DNA from: Octopus bimaculoides
Taxonomy: Eukaryota
Length of the DNA: 63,957 nucleotides
Direction: 5' to 3'
Assembly: GCF_001194135.2 (NCBI RefSeq)
Contig: NC_068986.1
Coordinates: 32,761,514 to 32,825,470, forward strand
Shown here: positions 1 through 13,749 of the stretch, one piece after another
How positions within the stretch are numbered: position 1 is the first letter of the stretch
Layout: each line of letters starts with the position of its first letter
Position numbers and translations under genes: made by a program
Notes under the pieces: model-generated
Seen by the model: the letters and a program-made list of their open reading frames with translations, nothing else
The model's database searches: none
What the model was told of the DNA's origin: nothing

Positions 1-469
1 CATACATATATGTATATTTATAAATGCATAGCACACTCTCATCCACACACACACACATACACACACACAAACACGCACTAATATTAACAGAAGAAATTAG
101 TAATTAAAGTCCATAATATCATCACAACTAAAAATAAATAACAAACAAAGAATATAAAAAGAAACGCAAAAAAAATATCACAATAACTACCGAAAGCTCT
201 GACAGCGCCAACATAGCAAGCCGATGGCTATAAAGATTTTATCAGATGATGTAAGACATTTTGTCTGCTTTCATTAATTACCAAACCACAAAACCGCAAT
301 AATTTTCATAAATCCATCGCTAGCTCATCAGCCAACAAAAACAACAACCACAGGAAGAGCAAACGTGAACACTTACACATGAGGAACTGCGCACGATGGA
401 TTGTGCCCAGTACGACGCTGGCAGCACACACGTGTGCCACATATATTCACCAACGTACATAAAGAGAAA

Positions 470-724
470 GAGCGTGACCTGGTGTTCAGGTTGTTACACG
501 GGCGATCGCTATATCGCGGGTTCGATCCTTTGACAAGGCGGCGCGTTGTGTTTTTGAGGGAAAATGTGTAATTTCACGTTACTCCAGTCCACCTTGCTTT
601 GTTCGCTGAGACAGCCGGGTGACGTCATCTGAAGGCAACATCACTACAAAAGCGCGTTGTTACCAGCGATGTGTAACAATATCTGGTACCCTGGTCGGTC
701 ACATGATCCGTGACATAAACTGAT
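470..724 (+). mobile_element. tRNA-derived SINE, family C2 (degraded)
   Basis: B-box-like GGTTCGATCC at ~530, followed by TGTGTTTTTGAGGGAAA...TTCACGTTACTCCAGTCCAC, a block shared with the copies at 24164, 34917 and 39743. Confidence 0.65.
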
Positions 725-856
725 ACCGTAGTTTGGATACCTACGCCAGGCTTGGCAACGTCGTTTGAGAAAAGAAAAGGCTATGGCTGCCTATAGAGAT
801 GAAGAAGGCATTTCGTTAACAATGTGAAAATGGAAATGAATCGTGTGACAATATAT

Positions 857-1070
857 TTTTTCTACTCTAGGCCCAAGGCCCGAAATTTTGCGGGAGGTTG
901 TCAGTCGATTATATGGACCCCAGTGCGTAACTGGTAAATAATTTATCGACCCCGAAAGGATGAAAGGCAAAGTCAACCTCGGCGGAATTTGAACTCAGAA
1001 CATAACGACAGACGAAATACCGCTAAGCATTTCGGCCGGCCTGCTAACGTTTCTGCCAGCTCGCCGCCTT
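857..1070 (-). mobile_element. tRNA-derived SINE, family A (near full length)
   Basis: Reverse complement reads GGCGGCGAGCTGGCAGAAACGTTAGC...GAGTTCAAATTCCGCCGAGGTTGACTTTGCCTTTCATCCTTTCGGGGTCGAT, with A/B boxes. Multiple homologous copies in the window. Confidence 0.9.
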
Positions 1071-1371
1071 GTCGTGTAACAATATTAACAGCGAGAATGG
1101 GACTAAAACGAACAGGAACAGGATTGCAACAAGTGTAAGAAACAGTGGAACAATAGGATAGAAAATGCAATGACGACAACTTCAGCAATCACAGCAGCGG
1201 TAGCAGCAGTAGCAGCAGTAGCAGCAGTCGCAATTATAACAGCAACAAAAGGCTGCTTCGATTTAAAAGGATAAGTACAGTGAGCAGCAATATGGGACCT
1301 CGTTTGGAAAAGAAATAGACAAAAGAGAGGCGTCAACAAATAAAAATAAACTATCAGACCATAAAAACTGA

Positions 1372-1400
1372 CAGACGGACAGGCAGACAGACAGACAGAC

Positions 1401-1452
<52 letters not shown>
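1372..1452. repeat. (GACA)n(GATA)n tetranucleotide microsatellite
   Basis: Directly visible tandem units. Confidence 0.95.
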
Positions 1453-1454
<2 letters not shown>

Positions 1455-1854
1455 AGGGTTAGGATAAAGAGATAGCGAGGTAGATAGAAATAAACTAAAT
1501 ATACACACAGGACTTTCTCCATAATTATATATACATGCTATTGTGTGACTATGTGCTAGTCCACGAAATATATATATATATATATATATATAATCTGCTT
1601 GTATATATGTATGTATAATATGCATGTATATATGTATGTATAATATGCATGTATATATGTATGTATAAATGCATATATTTATGTGTATGTATGTGGGTGT
1701 TCGTGCTGTACAGTTATGTGGAGTTGTATACATATTATCCTTATACACACTCTCCCGCAAATGCATTTGTATATTATTTAAATGCAAATTAAGCAAGTAG
1801 GAACAGCGATAATTCATAAAGTGAAAGAAAAATTGCAAATCAATTAAGAATGTT

Positions 1855-1902
<48 letters not shown>

Positions 1903-2098
1903 ATGGTGGTGTTGGTGGTGGTGGTGATAATAGTAATGAAGGTATAAACATTTTCAGTTAAATTCCAAACATCGCCTAACAATGGAACTTTTCTTATACG
2001 AAATCTAATAAATATACACATATATATTCACACACACACACACACATATATATATGTATATACACATATATATACGAGTACACACGTATGTATATCTG

Positions 2099-2131
<33 letters not shown>

Positions 2132-2542
2132 NNNNNNNNNNNNNNNNNNNNNNNNNNNNNNNNNNNNNNNNNNNNNNNNNNNNNNNNNNNNNNNNNNNNN
2201 NNNNNNNNNNNNNNNNNNNNNNNNNNNNNNNNNNNNNNNNNNNNNNNNNNNNNNNNNNNNNNNNNNNNNNNNNNNNNNNNNNNNNNNNNNNNNNNNNNNN
2301 NNNNNNNNNNNNNNNNNNNNNNNNNNNNNNNNNNNNNNNNNNNNNNNNNNNNNNNNNNNNNNNNNNNNNNNNNNNNNNNNNNNNNNNNNNNNNNNNNNNN
2401 NNNNNNNNNNNNNNNNNNNNNNNNNNNNNNNNNNNNNNNNNNNNNNNNNNNNNNNNNNNNNNNNNNNNNNNNNNNNNNNNNNNNNNNNNNNNNNNNNNNN
2501 NNNNNNNNNNNNNNNNNNNNNNNNNNNNNNNNNNNNNNNNNN

Positions 2543-2584
<42 letters not shown>

Positions 2585-3040
2585 CGACTACGGCGGTGAT
2601 GATGGCGGTGGTGATGATGATGATAATGATGATGAAGAAGAGGAGGAGGGGGAGGAGGGGAGTCATGATGATCGTGGTAATGATGATGATGATGATGGAG
2701 GATAATGCCAATGACAATGATGATGATGATGGCAACGACGATGACGACAACGATAATGGTGGTGGTTGTAGTTGATAATAGTGGTGATGATGATCATGAT
2801 CATGATGATGATGGTAGTGATGATGATGATGACGATGATGATGACGAAGATGATGATGATGATCATGATCATGATCATGATCATGATCATGATGGTAGTG
2901 ATGATGAAGATGATGATGATGATGATCATGATGATGACGACGATGATGATGATGGTAGTGATGATGATGATGATGACGATGATGATGATGACGATGATGA
3001 TGATGAAGATGATGATGAAGGTAGTGGTGATGATGATGAC

Positions 3041-3074
<34 letters not shown>

Positions 3075-3101
3075 GTAGTGATGATGAAGATGATGATGAT
3101 T

Positions 3102-3158
<57 letters not shown>

Positions 3159-3400
3159 GTAGTGATGATGAAGATGATGATGATTATGATGATGGTCGTG
3201 ATGATGCTATACTTGATGGTCATGTTAATGATGAATGAGAGGCGGTTGGTAATTGTAGTTGTAGTGGTGACAATGATGATGATGGAGGTGGTGGGGGGTG
3301 GCGGCGGCGGCGATGGTGGCGATGACGGTGGTGGTGATGGTGGTGGTGATGGTGACGATGAGGATGAGGTCGATGATAAGGTGGTGAAGACTTTGTGTGG
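2543..3400. repeat. compound (GAC)/(GAT)/(GGT) trinucleotide array with higher-order unit
   Basis: In-register GAT/GAC run with recurring GATGGTAGTGATGATGA units. The Asp-, Met- and Ile-rich ORFs here derive from it. Confidence 0.9.
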
Positions 3401-3724
3401 TATACGGGGTGAGACGGTGATAAATATTACATTGTCTGTCTCGGATTCGCTAGGGTGTTTAACGACAAAGAAGTGTCATGTGATGAATAATAAACAAAAC
3501 AAAAAAACAAACCCAAAGAACCAACACAACAGTGAACAAAACAACAAGCAACAACAATAGCAAATAAAACAATAATAACAATAACAACACCAAACTCACC
3601 ACTATCAAACCTCTGAAAGTAAAATGGAAAAAATTGCCTAAGGCATGTAACTAGTAATAACACTACTCCACCGAATTGAATGTCTTTACCCCGTCGCAAA
3701 AGTAAAATTACAAAATAAGAATAA

Positions 3725-3734
3725 AATAATAATG

Positions 3735-3793
<59 letters not shown>

Positions 3794-4000
3794 GATGATG
3801 ATGATGGTGATGGTAATGATGATGATAATGATGATGATGATGATGATGGTGCTGGTGGTGATGATAAGAAGGAGGAGGAGGAGGAGGAGGAGGAGGTGGA
3901 GGAGAAGTACAAGAACAACAACAATGATGATAATAATAATAATAATAATAATAACAATAATAATAATAATAATACTAAGAGTAATAATAATAATAATAAT

Positions 4001-4062
<62 letters not shown>

Positions 4063-4142
4063 TAATGATAATAATAATATTGATGATGGTGATGATGATG
4101 ATAAAGACAACAACAACAATACCAATAATAATAACAATGATG
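3725..4142. repeat. compound (AAT)/(GAT)/(GAG) trinucleotide array
   Basis: Directly visible tandem units. Confidence 0.9.
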
Positions 4143-4381
4143 TCTTGAGATGTGAAAGAAACAGAAGAAGAAGGGAAAAAAAACAGGAGTAGAAGATGTT
4201 TGCATGGACGACTAAGTAGCTTTAACGGAAAAGGCTTCCATACTTTCTTGTAAAAGTGTTGATGCAAAATGAACAAATGAACATGGAAGTTCCACGGCGA
4301 ATCAAAACCGGATGTCTATTTATATGGCCGATGATATGTAGTCTCACAAACACAAACACACACACACACACACACACACAC

Positions 4382-4431
<50 letters not shown>

Positions 4432-4511
4432 CTATGTATGTATGTATGTATGTATGTATGTATGTATTTCTTTCTGAGTATATATATATTTTTGAGTGTA
4501 TCTGTAAATGT

Positions 4512-4553
<42 letters not shown>

Positions 4554-4786
4554 TTGTATATGCAAATGAATGTGTGTCGGTCGGTATGAATATGCTTATA
4601 TATCGGTATATATATATATATACAAACATACACACGCATAAACACACATGTCTACGAATGAGCATACACACACACACACATATCAAAATTATCTGTATTC
4701 ACATATATTTATCTGAATGTATATAAGAATAATTTCGTTTTTGGTATATATATATATATATATGTTTACATCTATCTATCTATCTA

Positions 4787-4875
<89 letters not shown>

Positions 4876-5405
4876 NNNNNNNNNNNNNNNNNNNNNNNNN
4901 NNNNNNNNNNNNNNNNNNNNNNNNNNNNNNNNNNNNNNNNNNNNNNNNNNNNNNNNNNNNNNNNNNNNNNNNNNNNNNNNNNNNNNNNNNNNNNNNNNNN
5001 NNNNNNNNNNNNNNNNNNNNNNNNNNNNNNNNNNNNNNNNNNNNNNNNNNNNNNNNNNNNNNNNNNNNNNNNNNNNNNNNNNNNNNNNNNNNNNNNNNNN
5101 NNNNNNNNNNNNNNNNNNNNNNNNNNNNNNNNNNNNNNNNNNNNNNNNNNNNNNNNNNNNNNNNNNNNNNNNNNNNNNNNNNNNNNNNNNNNNNNNNNNN
5201 NNNNNNNNNNNNNNNNNNNNNNNNNNNNNNNNNNNNNNNNNNNNNNNNNNNNNNNNNNNNNNNNNNNNNNNNNNNNNNNNNNNNNNNNNNNNNNNNNNNN
5301 NNNNNNNNNNNNNNNNNNNNNNNNNNNNNNNNNNNNNNNNNNNNCAATAGTGTTTGTTGGTGTAAAAAATATTCAGATAATGTTGATAATGCTGAAATTT
5401 GAGCG

Positions 5406-5636
5406 GGCGGCGAACTGACAGAATCGTTAGCACGCCGGGCGAAATGCTCAGCGGTATTTCGTGTGTCATTACGTTCTGAGTTCGAACCCCACCGAGGTCG
5501 ACTTTGCCTTTCATTCTTTTGGGGTCGATTAAATAAGTGCCATTTGCGTACTGGGGTCGATGTAATCGACTTAATCCTTTTGTCTGTCCTTTGTTTGTCG
5601 CCTCTATGTTTAGCCCTCTGTGGGCAATAAAGAAAT
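5406..5636 (+). mobile_element. tRNA-derived SINE, family A (variant 3' tail)
   Basis: GGCGGCGAACTGACAGAATCGTTAGCACGCCGGGCGAAATGCTCAGCGG...GAGTTCGAACCCC...GGTCGACTTTGCCTTTCAT. The 3' tail differs from that of the copy at 857-1070. Confidence 0.9.
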
Positions 5637-6200
5637 AAATGCTAAAATGTAGATAATCTGAGTTTTAAAACCTCACTGTTGATTGCAGCGGATACCATAG
5701 TGGAGTATATTCTACTCAGTTGGAAACACCAAGAATGAGGCACACACCCACACACACATCCAAAACTCCGCAGACCGCATGGGTAACAGCAAAAAAGACT
5801 GACCTCACAATCATTGGATTTTGATGACTATCTCTGTCTCTCTGTCTCTCTCGGTCTGTCTGTCTGTCTGTCTGTCCACCCTCTCTCTCTCGCTCTCTCT
5901 CTCTATATATATATATATAGTTGAAAAATTTCTGTCACATGGGACCTTGAAACCTGCTAGAAAGCAAGAAAGTATACTAGTCCTTCAATATTTAATATTC
6001 AATATTTCATTTATTCAATAAGACATTCAATACTTCATTTCATTTTACTATATATATTATATATTCCATATTCTATATCCCACATTAATTTTATAAGAAT
6101 ATAAATAAAACAAAAAACAGACAGAGTTGGAATTATTTTGAATAATATATACACTACCATACGAACCCCCTTTATATATATATATATATATATACATATA

Positions 6201-6606
6201 CTCTTTTACTCTTTAACCTGTTTCACTCATTTGACTGCGGCCATGCTGGAGCACCGCCTTTAGTCGAGCAAATCGACCCCAGGACTTATTCTTTGTAAGC
6301 CTAGTGCTTATTTTATTGTGCTCTATTGCCGAAGCGCTACGTTACGGGGACGTAAACACACCAGCATCGGTTTTCAAGCGATGCTGGGGGGACAAACACA
6401 GACACAAAAACACACACACATATATATACATATACATATATACGACGGGCTTCTTTCAGTTTCCATCTACCAAATCCACTCACAAGGCTTTGGTCGGCCC
6501 AAGGCTATAGTACAAGACACTTGCCCAAGGTGCCACGCAGTGGGACTGAACCCGGAACCATGTGGTTGGTAAGCAAGCTACCTAACACACAGCCACTCCT
6601 ATGCCT
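6201..6606 (-). mobile_element. tRNA-derived CORE-type SINE, family B, with internal microsatellite
   Basis: Near-identical to the reverse complement of 44766-45196. Contains CORE-like GCACCTTGGGCAAGTGTCTT and an internal CA/TA block. Confidence 0.9.
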
Positions 6607-8019
6607 AGGATAGAACACTCACATTTAAAACTCGGAGTCTCTCGACAGCGATTCCTTCAAGACTCGCTGTTTTAACTTTATTAAACTTGGAAGAGCTAAT
6701 AAACGACACTGAATTTTGAACAAATCGCTGTCAATAAACTCAGAATTCCGAATGTAAATGATCCTTCATGAGTCACTTAAATCTGTGTACATGCGTGTGA
6801 GTGTGTATGTGCGTGTGTGTGCGTGCGTGTATGTGCCTTTGTGCGTGTGTGTTTGGTGTGTGCACGCGTGTGCGCATGTATATATTTTCCTAACCTTTGA
6901 CTTTTATAACTGAAAGTGATGCTCACGCCATATTTATAAGCTTTTATTTATAGCCTTATTTGATGTTCTTCGTTGACCACTGTTCCAAAAAGATTCTTAT
7001 TTCACATTCTCTGGAATGTTTATAAAATTCTTATCACGTCAATAAGACGTATATATNNNNNNNNNNNNNNNNNNNNNNNNNNNNNNNNNNNNNNNNNNNN
7101 NNATATATATATATATATATATAGATAGATAGATACATACATATAATTAAAGAAAGATTTTTTTAAAGGTATTAGCCGTTTAATATTTTGTTTATTTTAT
7201 ACAATGTCACCTTTGTGTAAGCAGTTTGTGTATATAATATGTATCCTTTTCAGTGTCTGTATTAACGCTTTCTTTGTTCAACTTTTCAAACGCAAGTCTT
7301 CTAGGCTAATTCCTATAGAGGAAGTTGCTTTTAGTAATGGCATTGACTATTTCTGGTCTATCTTCGCATTTAGAATTCTTATATAGTATTTTTTCTTTTG
7401 CCTTTCGTAGTTGATTATTTTCATCTTTTATTTTATAAAATATATCTGGAAAACTTACGGGGAATAGAATGTAGAAATTTCAAGTTATTGCTCTGATTCA
7501 CTAAAGTTTTAATCTACATTTTTCTCTCCCATCGCAACTTGTCTAGGTATTCAGTTAGCTAGTGAGCTATAAAAAAAAAAAAAAGAGTTTGAGTGGCTTA
7601 ACGCTACGGTTACGACGGCAAGGTGTGCTACAAAACATTTTGCTCTACGCTCTAACGATTATACAGTTCAGCGCCATAGCAGCCCCACTTGCACACATTT
7701 TCTGCATTATACTAAAGACCTTCTATGAAATCTCTAATCCAACGCGGCAGGCATAAAAAACATAGGAAAGATATATATATATAGGTCCTGATTTGCTAAA
7801 CGGCAGTTTGGGTAAGGTTAGAGGGCTTTGGACAATACTTATTGTCGATCATCACTATAGTAACAATAGCAACAACAACAATAATCAAACAGCAACCAAT
7901 CTATTTACGAGATCTAGAATTTAGTGTTGGATATACTTGCAGCTGTTAATTATCTTGTATCTTTTACACACTTTAGTCATTGTATTGTAGCTATTCTGGG
8001 CCACACCATGGACAGCTTT

Positions 8020-8390
8020 AATTGAAAAGATCAAACCCGAATGTCTGTTTAGTTTTGTAAGGCTGTAACTTATTCTATCGCTTTCTTTTGTGAAGCCACT
8101 AAACTACGGGGACGTAAGCAAATCATCAGCGGTTACCAAGCAGTGACTAGGGAGAAAGATAGGTACAAACAGACACCTAGACATATACGTACTTACATAG
8201 TCACACACACACACATGCACACAAAGACACACACGCACACACTCACACAATACACTCGCACACATATTTGCCATCTACCAAATTTTCTCACGTGGCACTG
8301 ATTGGTCCGGGTCTATAGTAGGAAGCAGAGTTGGGTCGAATCTAAAGTTTCGTTACTTTAAAGCGAATTACTGAAGCAGCCACCATTGGC
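8020..8390 (-). mobile_element. SINE family B, heavily degraded
   Basis: Recognisable blocks ACTACGGGGACGTAAGCA, CCATCTACCAAATTTTCTCAC and GGTCCGGGTCTATAGTAGGAAG in family B order. Confidence 0.6.
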
Positions 8391-9099
8391 TACGCGTATA
8401 AAACATACCTATGGCGAATTATATTACAACCGCAGTAGTGCAGTTTTTATTACTTTAAGAGGTGAACATCATTATACAATGTGCCCTCAATTTATTTTAA
8501 TTCTAATTTTATGGTTTAATTGAAGGAAAAATTGGCTGCTATTTCTAAAAGTCCGCGCTCATCATTGTAACGATTTCAATGTTACGAGAAAACCGAGCCT
8601 TTCCTTACGTTCAGTGTTAATATATCCATGTTTATAGTAGATAGGTGCTGTTGGACAATAGCTAAAGCTTTACATCTGAGATTTCTTATATTTTTGTGGA
8701 TGCCATGACCGTCTTCCGCTTGCATGGTGATAAGAAAATATTACCCAGCTGAGTGAAAGATATCTCATAAACGGCTTTGCGTGGTACGTTTGTAGCAGAA
8801 GGGATATTGTTGGTTTTGAAATTGCTTTGATGTTTCTGAAACAACATTTGTTGTCGTAATGCTGCCATTCATGATATTGATGGTTCTGATGATAGTGTTG
8901 AAGGTGGTGATGTCGAACGGTATTGTGTCTCATGTTGTTGTTGGTGGTGGCGGTGGTGGTAGTGGTGGTAGGGATGGTAAGGGAGTTTATGGTGGTGTTG
9001 ATGGAGTTTATGGTAGATGGAAATGGAAACTGCTATTAATAGAGTTGATACCCGTTAGTTTATTACTGCTGTTCACTACTACCAATCCTCCTTCACCTT

Positions 9100-9440
9100 C
9101 TACTCTTCTTCCTCCTCCTCCTCCTTCTCTTCTTCTTCTTCTTCTTCTTCTTCTTCTTCTTCTTCTTCCTCCTCCTCCTCCTCCTCTTTCTCTTTTTCTT
9201 CTTCTATCTTCCTCTTCCTCCTCTTCCTCCTCTTCCTCCTCTTCCTCCTCTTCCTCCTCGTCTTTCTTCTCCTCCTCTGCATCAACATCCTCACCACCGT
9301 CATGTGTAGCAGTAGTAGAAATAGCAACATCAACGTTGTTGCTACTGCTGCTGCTGCTGCCGTCGACGTCGACTTCAACATCAGAATCAACTTCATTGTC
9401 GTCGTTCGTGGTCACCGTCATCATCATCATCATCACCATT

Positions 9441-9490
<50 letters not shown>

Positions 9491-9712
9491 GATCGTCGTC
9501 ATCATCATCATCATCATCATCACCACCATCACCACCACCATCATCACCACCATCATCATCATCATTATCATCATCATCGTCGTCGTCATCATCATCATCA
9601 TCATCACCACCATCACCACCACCATCATCATCATCATCATCATCATCATCGTCGTCGTCGTCGTCGTCGTCGTCGTCATCATCATCATCATCATCGTTAT
9701 CATTATCGTTAT
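9100..9712. repeat. compound (CTT)/(CCT)/(CAT)/(CGT) trinucleotide array
   Basis: Directly visible. Source of the overlapping low-complexity ORFs on both strands. Confidence 0.9.
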
Positions 9713-10560
9713 AGCATAATTATCTCTTTCAAATAGGTCACTGGTTCACATTTCACCACCATCACCACCACAAATACCACCACCACCACCACGACCAACA
9801 ACAACAACAACAAAAACAGCAACAACAGCACCGTCTCCACCACATCACCACAATCATCAGCATTACTACTACATCTACCACAACTGCCACCNNNNNNNNN
9901 NNNNNNNNNNNNNNNNNNNNNNNNNNNNNNNNNNNNNNNNNNNNNNNNNNNNNNNNNNNNNNNNNNNNNNNNNNNNNNNNNNNNNNNNNNNNNNNNNNNN
10001 NNNNNNNNNNNNNNNNNNNNNNNNNNNNNNNNNNNNNNNNNNNNNNNNNNNNNNNNNNNNNNNNNNNNNNNNNNNNNNNNNNNNNNNNNNNNNNNNNNNN
10101 NNNNNNNNNNNNNNNNNNNNNNNNNNNNNNNNNNNNNNNNNNNNNNNNNNNNNNNNNNNNNNNNNNNNNNNNNNNNNNNNNNNNNNNNNNNNNNNNNNNN
10201 NNNNNNNNNNNNNNNNNNNNNNNNNNNNNNNNNNNNNNNNNNNNNNNNNNNNNNNNNNNNNNNNNNNNNNNNNNNNNNNNNNNNNNNNNNNNNNNNNNNN
10301 NNNNNNNNNNNNNNNNNNNNNNNNNNNNNNNNNNNNNNNNNNNNNNNNNNNNNNNNNNNNNNNNNNNNNNNNNNNNNNNNNNNNNNNNNNNNNNNNNNNN
10401 NNNNNNNNNNNNNNNNNNNNNNNNNNNNNNNNNNNNNNNNNNNNNNNNNNNNNNNNNNNNNNNNNNNNNNNNNNNNNNNNNNNNNNNNNNNNNNTAGATA
10501 CCCACCGGGTGAATTGTACCTGTAATTCAAAAGGAATAACCTCGTCTCACACTGTTACGT

Positions 10561-10663
10561 GTGGAGGCGCAATGACCCAGTAGAGCAGCGGTCTCGCGGT
10601 CGTAGGATCGCGGTTTCGATTCCCAGACCGGGCGTTGTGAGTGTTTATTGAGCCAAAGCACCA
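10561..10663 (+). mobile_element. tRNA-derived SINE head, family C
   Basis: GGAGGCGCAATGACCCAGT...GGTTTCGATTCCCAGACCGGGCGTTGTGAGTGTTTATTGAGC, homologous to the reverse complement of 26640-26700. Confidence 0.75.
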
Positions 10664-10744
10664 GCATTTCGTCCTACGGCTCTACATCATTTTTTGTCAA
10701 TTCGTCGCCTATAAACGATGGAGCTGCTAGGGGATAGTTTACCC

Positions 10745-10815
10745 TGCAAGAAATAGCAACCAGATCGTTTTCAAATCACACTTTTCACTTAAAAAAAAAA
10801 CAGGAAGGGCACAGT
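10745..10815 (+). repeat. short dispersed repeat fragment (unclassified family D)
   Basis: GCAAGAAATAGCAACCAGATCGTTTTCAAATCAC. Reverse-complement relatives at ~8520-8550 and ~40400-40440. Confidence 0.45.
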
Positions 10816-12212
10816 GGTCATTGACAGGGACGCCTCAAATCTTGACTCTGTTTAATTAGCGCTGACTGGAATGTACACAACAACAAGACCAATAGCAGAA
10901 GCAGTGACAGTAACAACAGCAACAACGACAACCAATTTGTACTTAATTTGTCATGCGAACACATATCTGGTCTTAGCCTAGCAGTGCTCGAAATAATCTT
11001 CATTCAACACTGTATATCAGAAGTGTATTTTTCTCGTGTATCGTGACAGGCTTCACTCCAGCCATGGGCTATGAGTAGCAAAGGAGACAAATCTTCAGAT
11101 ATTCTCGAGTCTCGACCCTTATAAGCAATCCAAGGAGCGTTTACCTTACCATACTATCCGCTAAAAATAGTATTCATGTCTGAAAAAACCCCAAAAAACA
11201 TAGAGAGACAGGAGTGGCACTATTGGAATGCCTTTAATCTCGAACAAGTTCAATCAGAGGAATAAATTTAGACATCAAGTAATATATTCAAAGGTATTTC
11301 CAACGCTGTGATATATATTAAACGATATTGATTTTTATTTTATTTCTTGTACAATCTGTTCAGATCTAAAAGATTATTTTATTACGTTTTAAGTCATTTC
11401 ATTTTTTAAAAACATATGTAAGTTAAAATGTAAGGAGTTCCATTGTTAATATGATTGATATCAGTTGGATATTAGCACCAATTCTTGAATGATTTTATAA
11501 GATTATAGAAGACTTTGATAGATCAGTTATCTATCTTCACAGAGAATGGGACATGAATTAATGTTATCCTTTATTCGCATAACCGTCATATTTGAGAAAA
11601 TCCTGTTTTTCCAATATATTCTAATAACACATTCATTACAGTTTGCAAGGCTTTATTATTAATCACACGAAACTCACTCAGACAATTCCGACTTCTTATC
11701 TGACATTATTCAAATCGCTCTTAAATGTGATGGCCATCTTCGTTATCTATGGTGATAAGAATATATTAATTAGGTGAAGGATATCTCATAAAAGGTATCA
11801 TAATTTTGTCGCATTAGTTTATTCTATGCTTCTTGAATCTTCGGGCAACAAATTATGTCCAGAGGAAGAGATCGACAGTAGTGTTGTCATACTCATCCTG
11901 TGTTGAGTTGCCATTCATGTATCAATCCTACTTTAATTCATTTCGTATTCTTATGGTACGAAAGCTATGTGTGTGTGGTGCAAAAAAAAAATGTTTTACA
12001 AAAGCTATCACATAAAAGATATCGTACAAAAGATATATTTGAAGTAAATATCACACAAAAGATATTCATAAAAAGATATCTCACAAAAGATAGACATGAA
12101 ATTCTCTACCGAAAGATATATCGAAAAAATACCTGTACAAAAGATTTGGATGAAATACATCCAAGAAATAATAAATGTGAAACATATATATATATATACA
12201 TGTGTGTGAGTA

Positions 12213-12254
<42 letters not shown>

Positions 12255-12475
12255 NNNNNNNNNNNNNNNNNNNNNNNNNNNNNNNNNNNNNNNNNNNNNN
12301 NNNNNNNNNNNNNNNNNNNNNNNNNNNNNNNNNNNNNNNNNNNNNNNNNNNNNNNNNNNNNNNNNNNNNNNNNNNNNNNNNNNNNNNNNNNNNNNNNNNN
12401 NNNNNNNNNNNNNNNNNNNNNNNNNNNNNNNNNNNNNNNNNNNNNNNNNNNNNNNNNNNNNNNNNNNNNNNNNNN

Positions 12476-12540
<65 letters not shown>

Positions 12541-13213
12541 GTGAGAGAAGACATAAAAACATAAATTATGTGTTTGTATTTGTTTCTACGGAATATTTGG
12601 GTTATCATTCATACATACATATGAGCGATAACCCACAAATTCCAGAAAATATAAATACACAAATAAAATAATTTACTTTTAAAATTTCTGGATAATAAAA
12701 TACTTAGATTATAATTCTAAATAAAAAAAAAGGTTGTTTAAAGAAAAAAAACAAACAATATATAACGTAAATGAAAAAAAAAATTGCAGCAATTTCAATA
12801 ATATCTTCACTTAGTAGTAAATGATTTTTCATTTAAGGACAAGATAATAAATTTATAGACGAAAACAAAATGATTGTGTTGCCTTAGAACGTTTATTAAG
12901 TGCATTAATGGTGCAAGTGAAATGAAAATGGCTTACACACTTGTAAATAATAGAGTGTACAATGTTCATTCATGTTGTGTTTAAATATACATACGGTTGA
13001 TATTTCTACCATTCTTACAATGCTCTCTTTACTTCTAAACGTACTGATTATGTACCATCTACATTTTGACTATGTACACATCAACTATACTGAAATTCAA
13101 TACCATGACGTGACTTCCCTCTAATTTTCTAGACTTAGTCTAAGCAGGGCTAACCCCACTGCTTCATTGTTCAATGCTCTCCAGATCAAATAGTATAATG
13201 ACCATTGTCTTAG

Positions 13214-13273
13214 AATAACACCTGTTTCTTTGTCCGAGTATGGAGGAAGTTCAAAAAGCTATGGACATTAATG
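13214..13273 (+). CDS. candidate internal exon (NNTCFFVRVWRKFKKLWTLM)
   Basis: ttgtcttag acceptor, ATG|GTATGT donor, 60 nt open in phase 0-0. Splice signals only, no homology search. Confidence 0.22.
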
Positions 13274-13695
13274 GTATGTTTCCCATGAAAATTCTGAGCG
13301 CAGCAACTTTCCAAGTTATACATTGTGAACCTTCCTACCTCTCGATCTGCTCCTCATTCATTCAATATATCTCTGTCCTCCAAATCGCTCATACATAGCA
13401 TGCAATTGCACTTCCTGCTTCTTTCGTTACTTTCTAAATGCTTACACTGTATATACTTCTGGTCTTATTATACACAAGAGGTGAAAAAAAAAGTGAAAAT
13501 AAACCAAAAACTATTCCATCACTATTATATCGATCTCAAAGAATAGAAGCGATGAAAATGCTTCAAATGTAGTCTCGTTTCAAACAACTTACTGACCAGC
13601 GGTGACAACTGCAAATAGATTTTTTTAAAAAATATTAAGAGGGATGGGATATTCCATTTTCCTATTATACAAATAAGGGTCCTTTTGTCTCAAAG

Positions 13696-13749
13696 AATTC
13701 TGATGAAAGCAAAGATGGTATCCTTGACCGCGACAGAGCTTTCAACCAT
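13696..13749 (+). CDS. candidate internal exon (NSDESKDGILDRDRAFNH; EF-loop-like)
   Basis: ccttttgtctcaaag acceptor, CAT|GTAAGG donor, 54 nt. Two frames are open. Confidence 0.3.

Noticed and set aside
8690-8790. Cadherin-like reading YE...YFLITMQAEDGHG on the minus strand
   Set aside because: It requires a frameshift through a stop, the spacing does not fit the cadherin pattern, and there are no other cadherin motifs.
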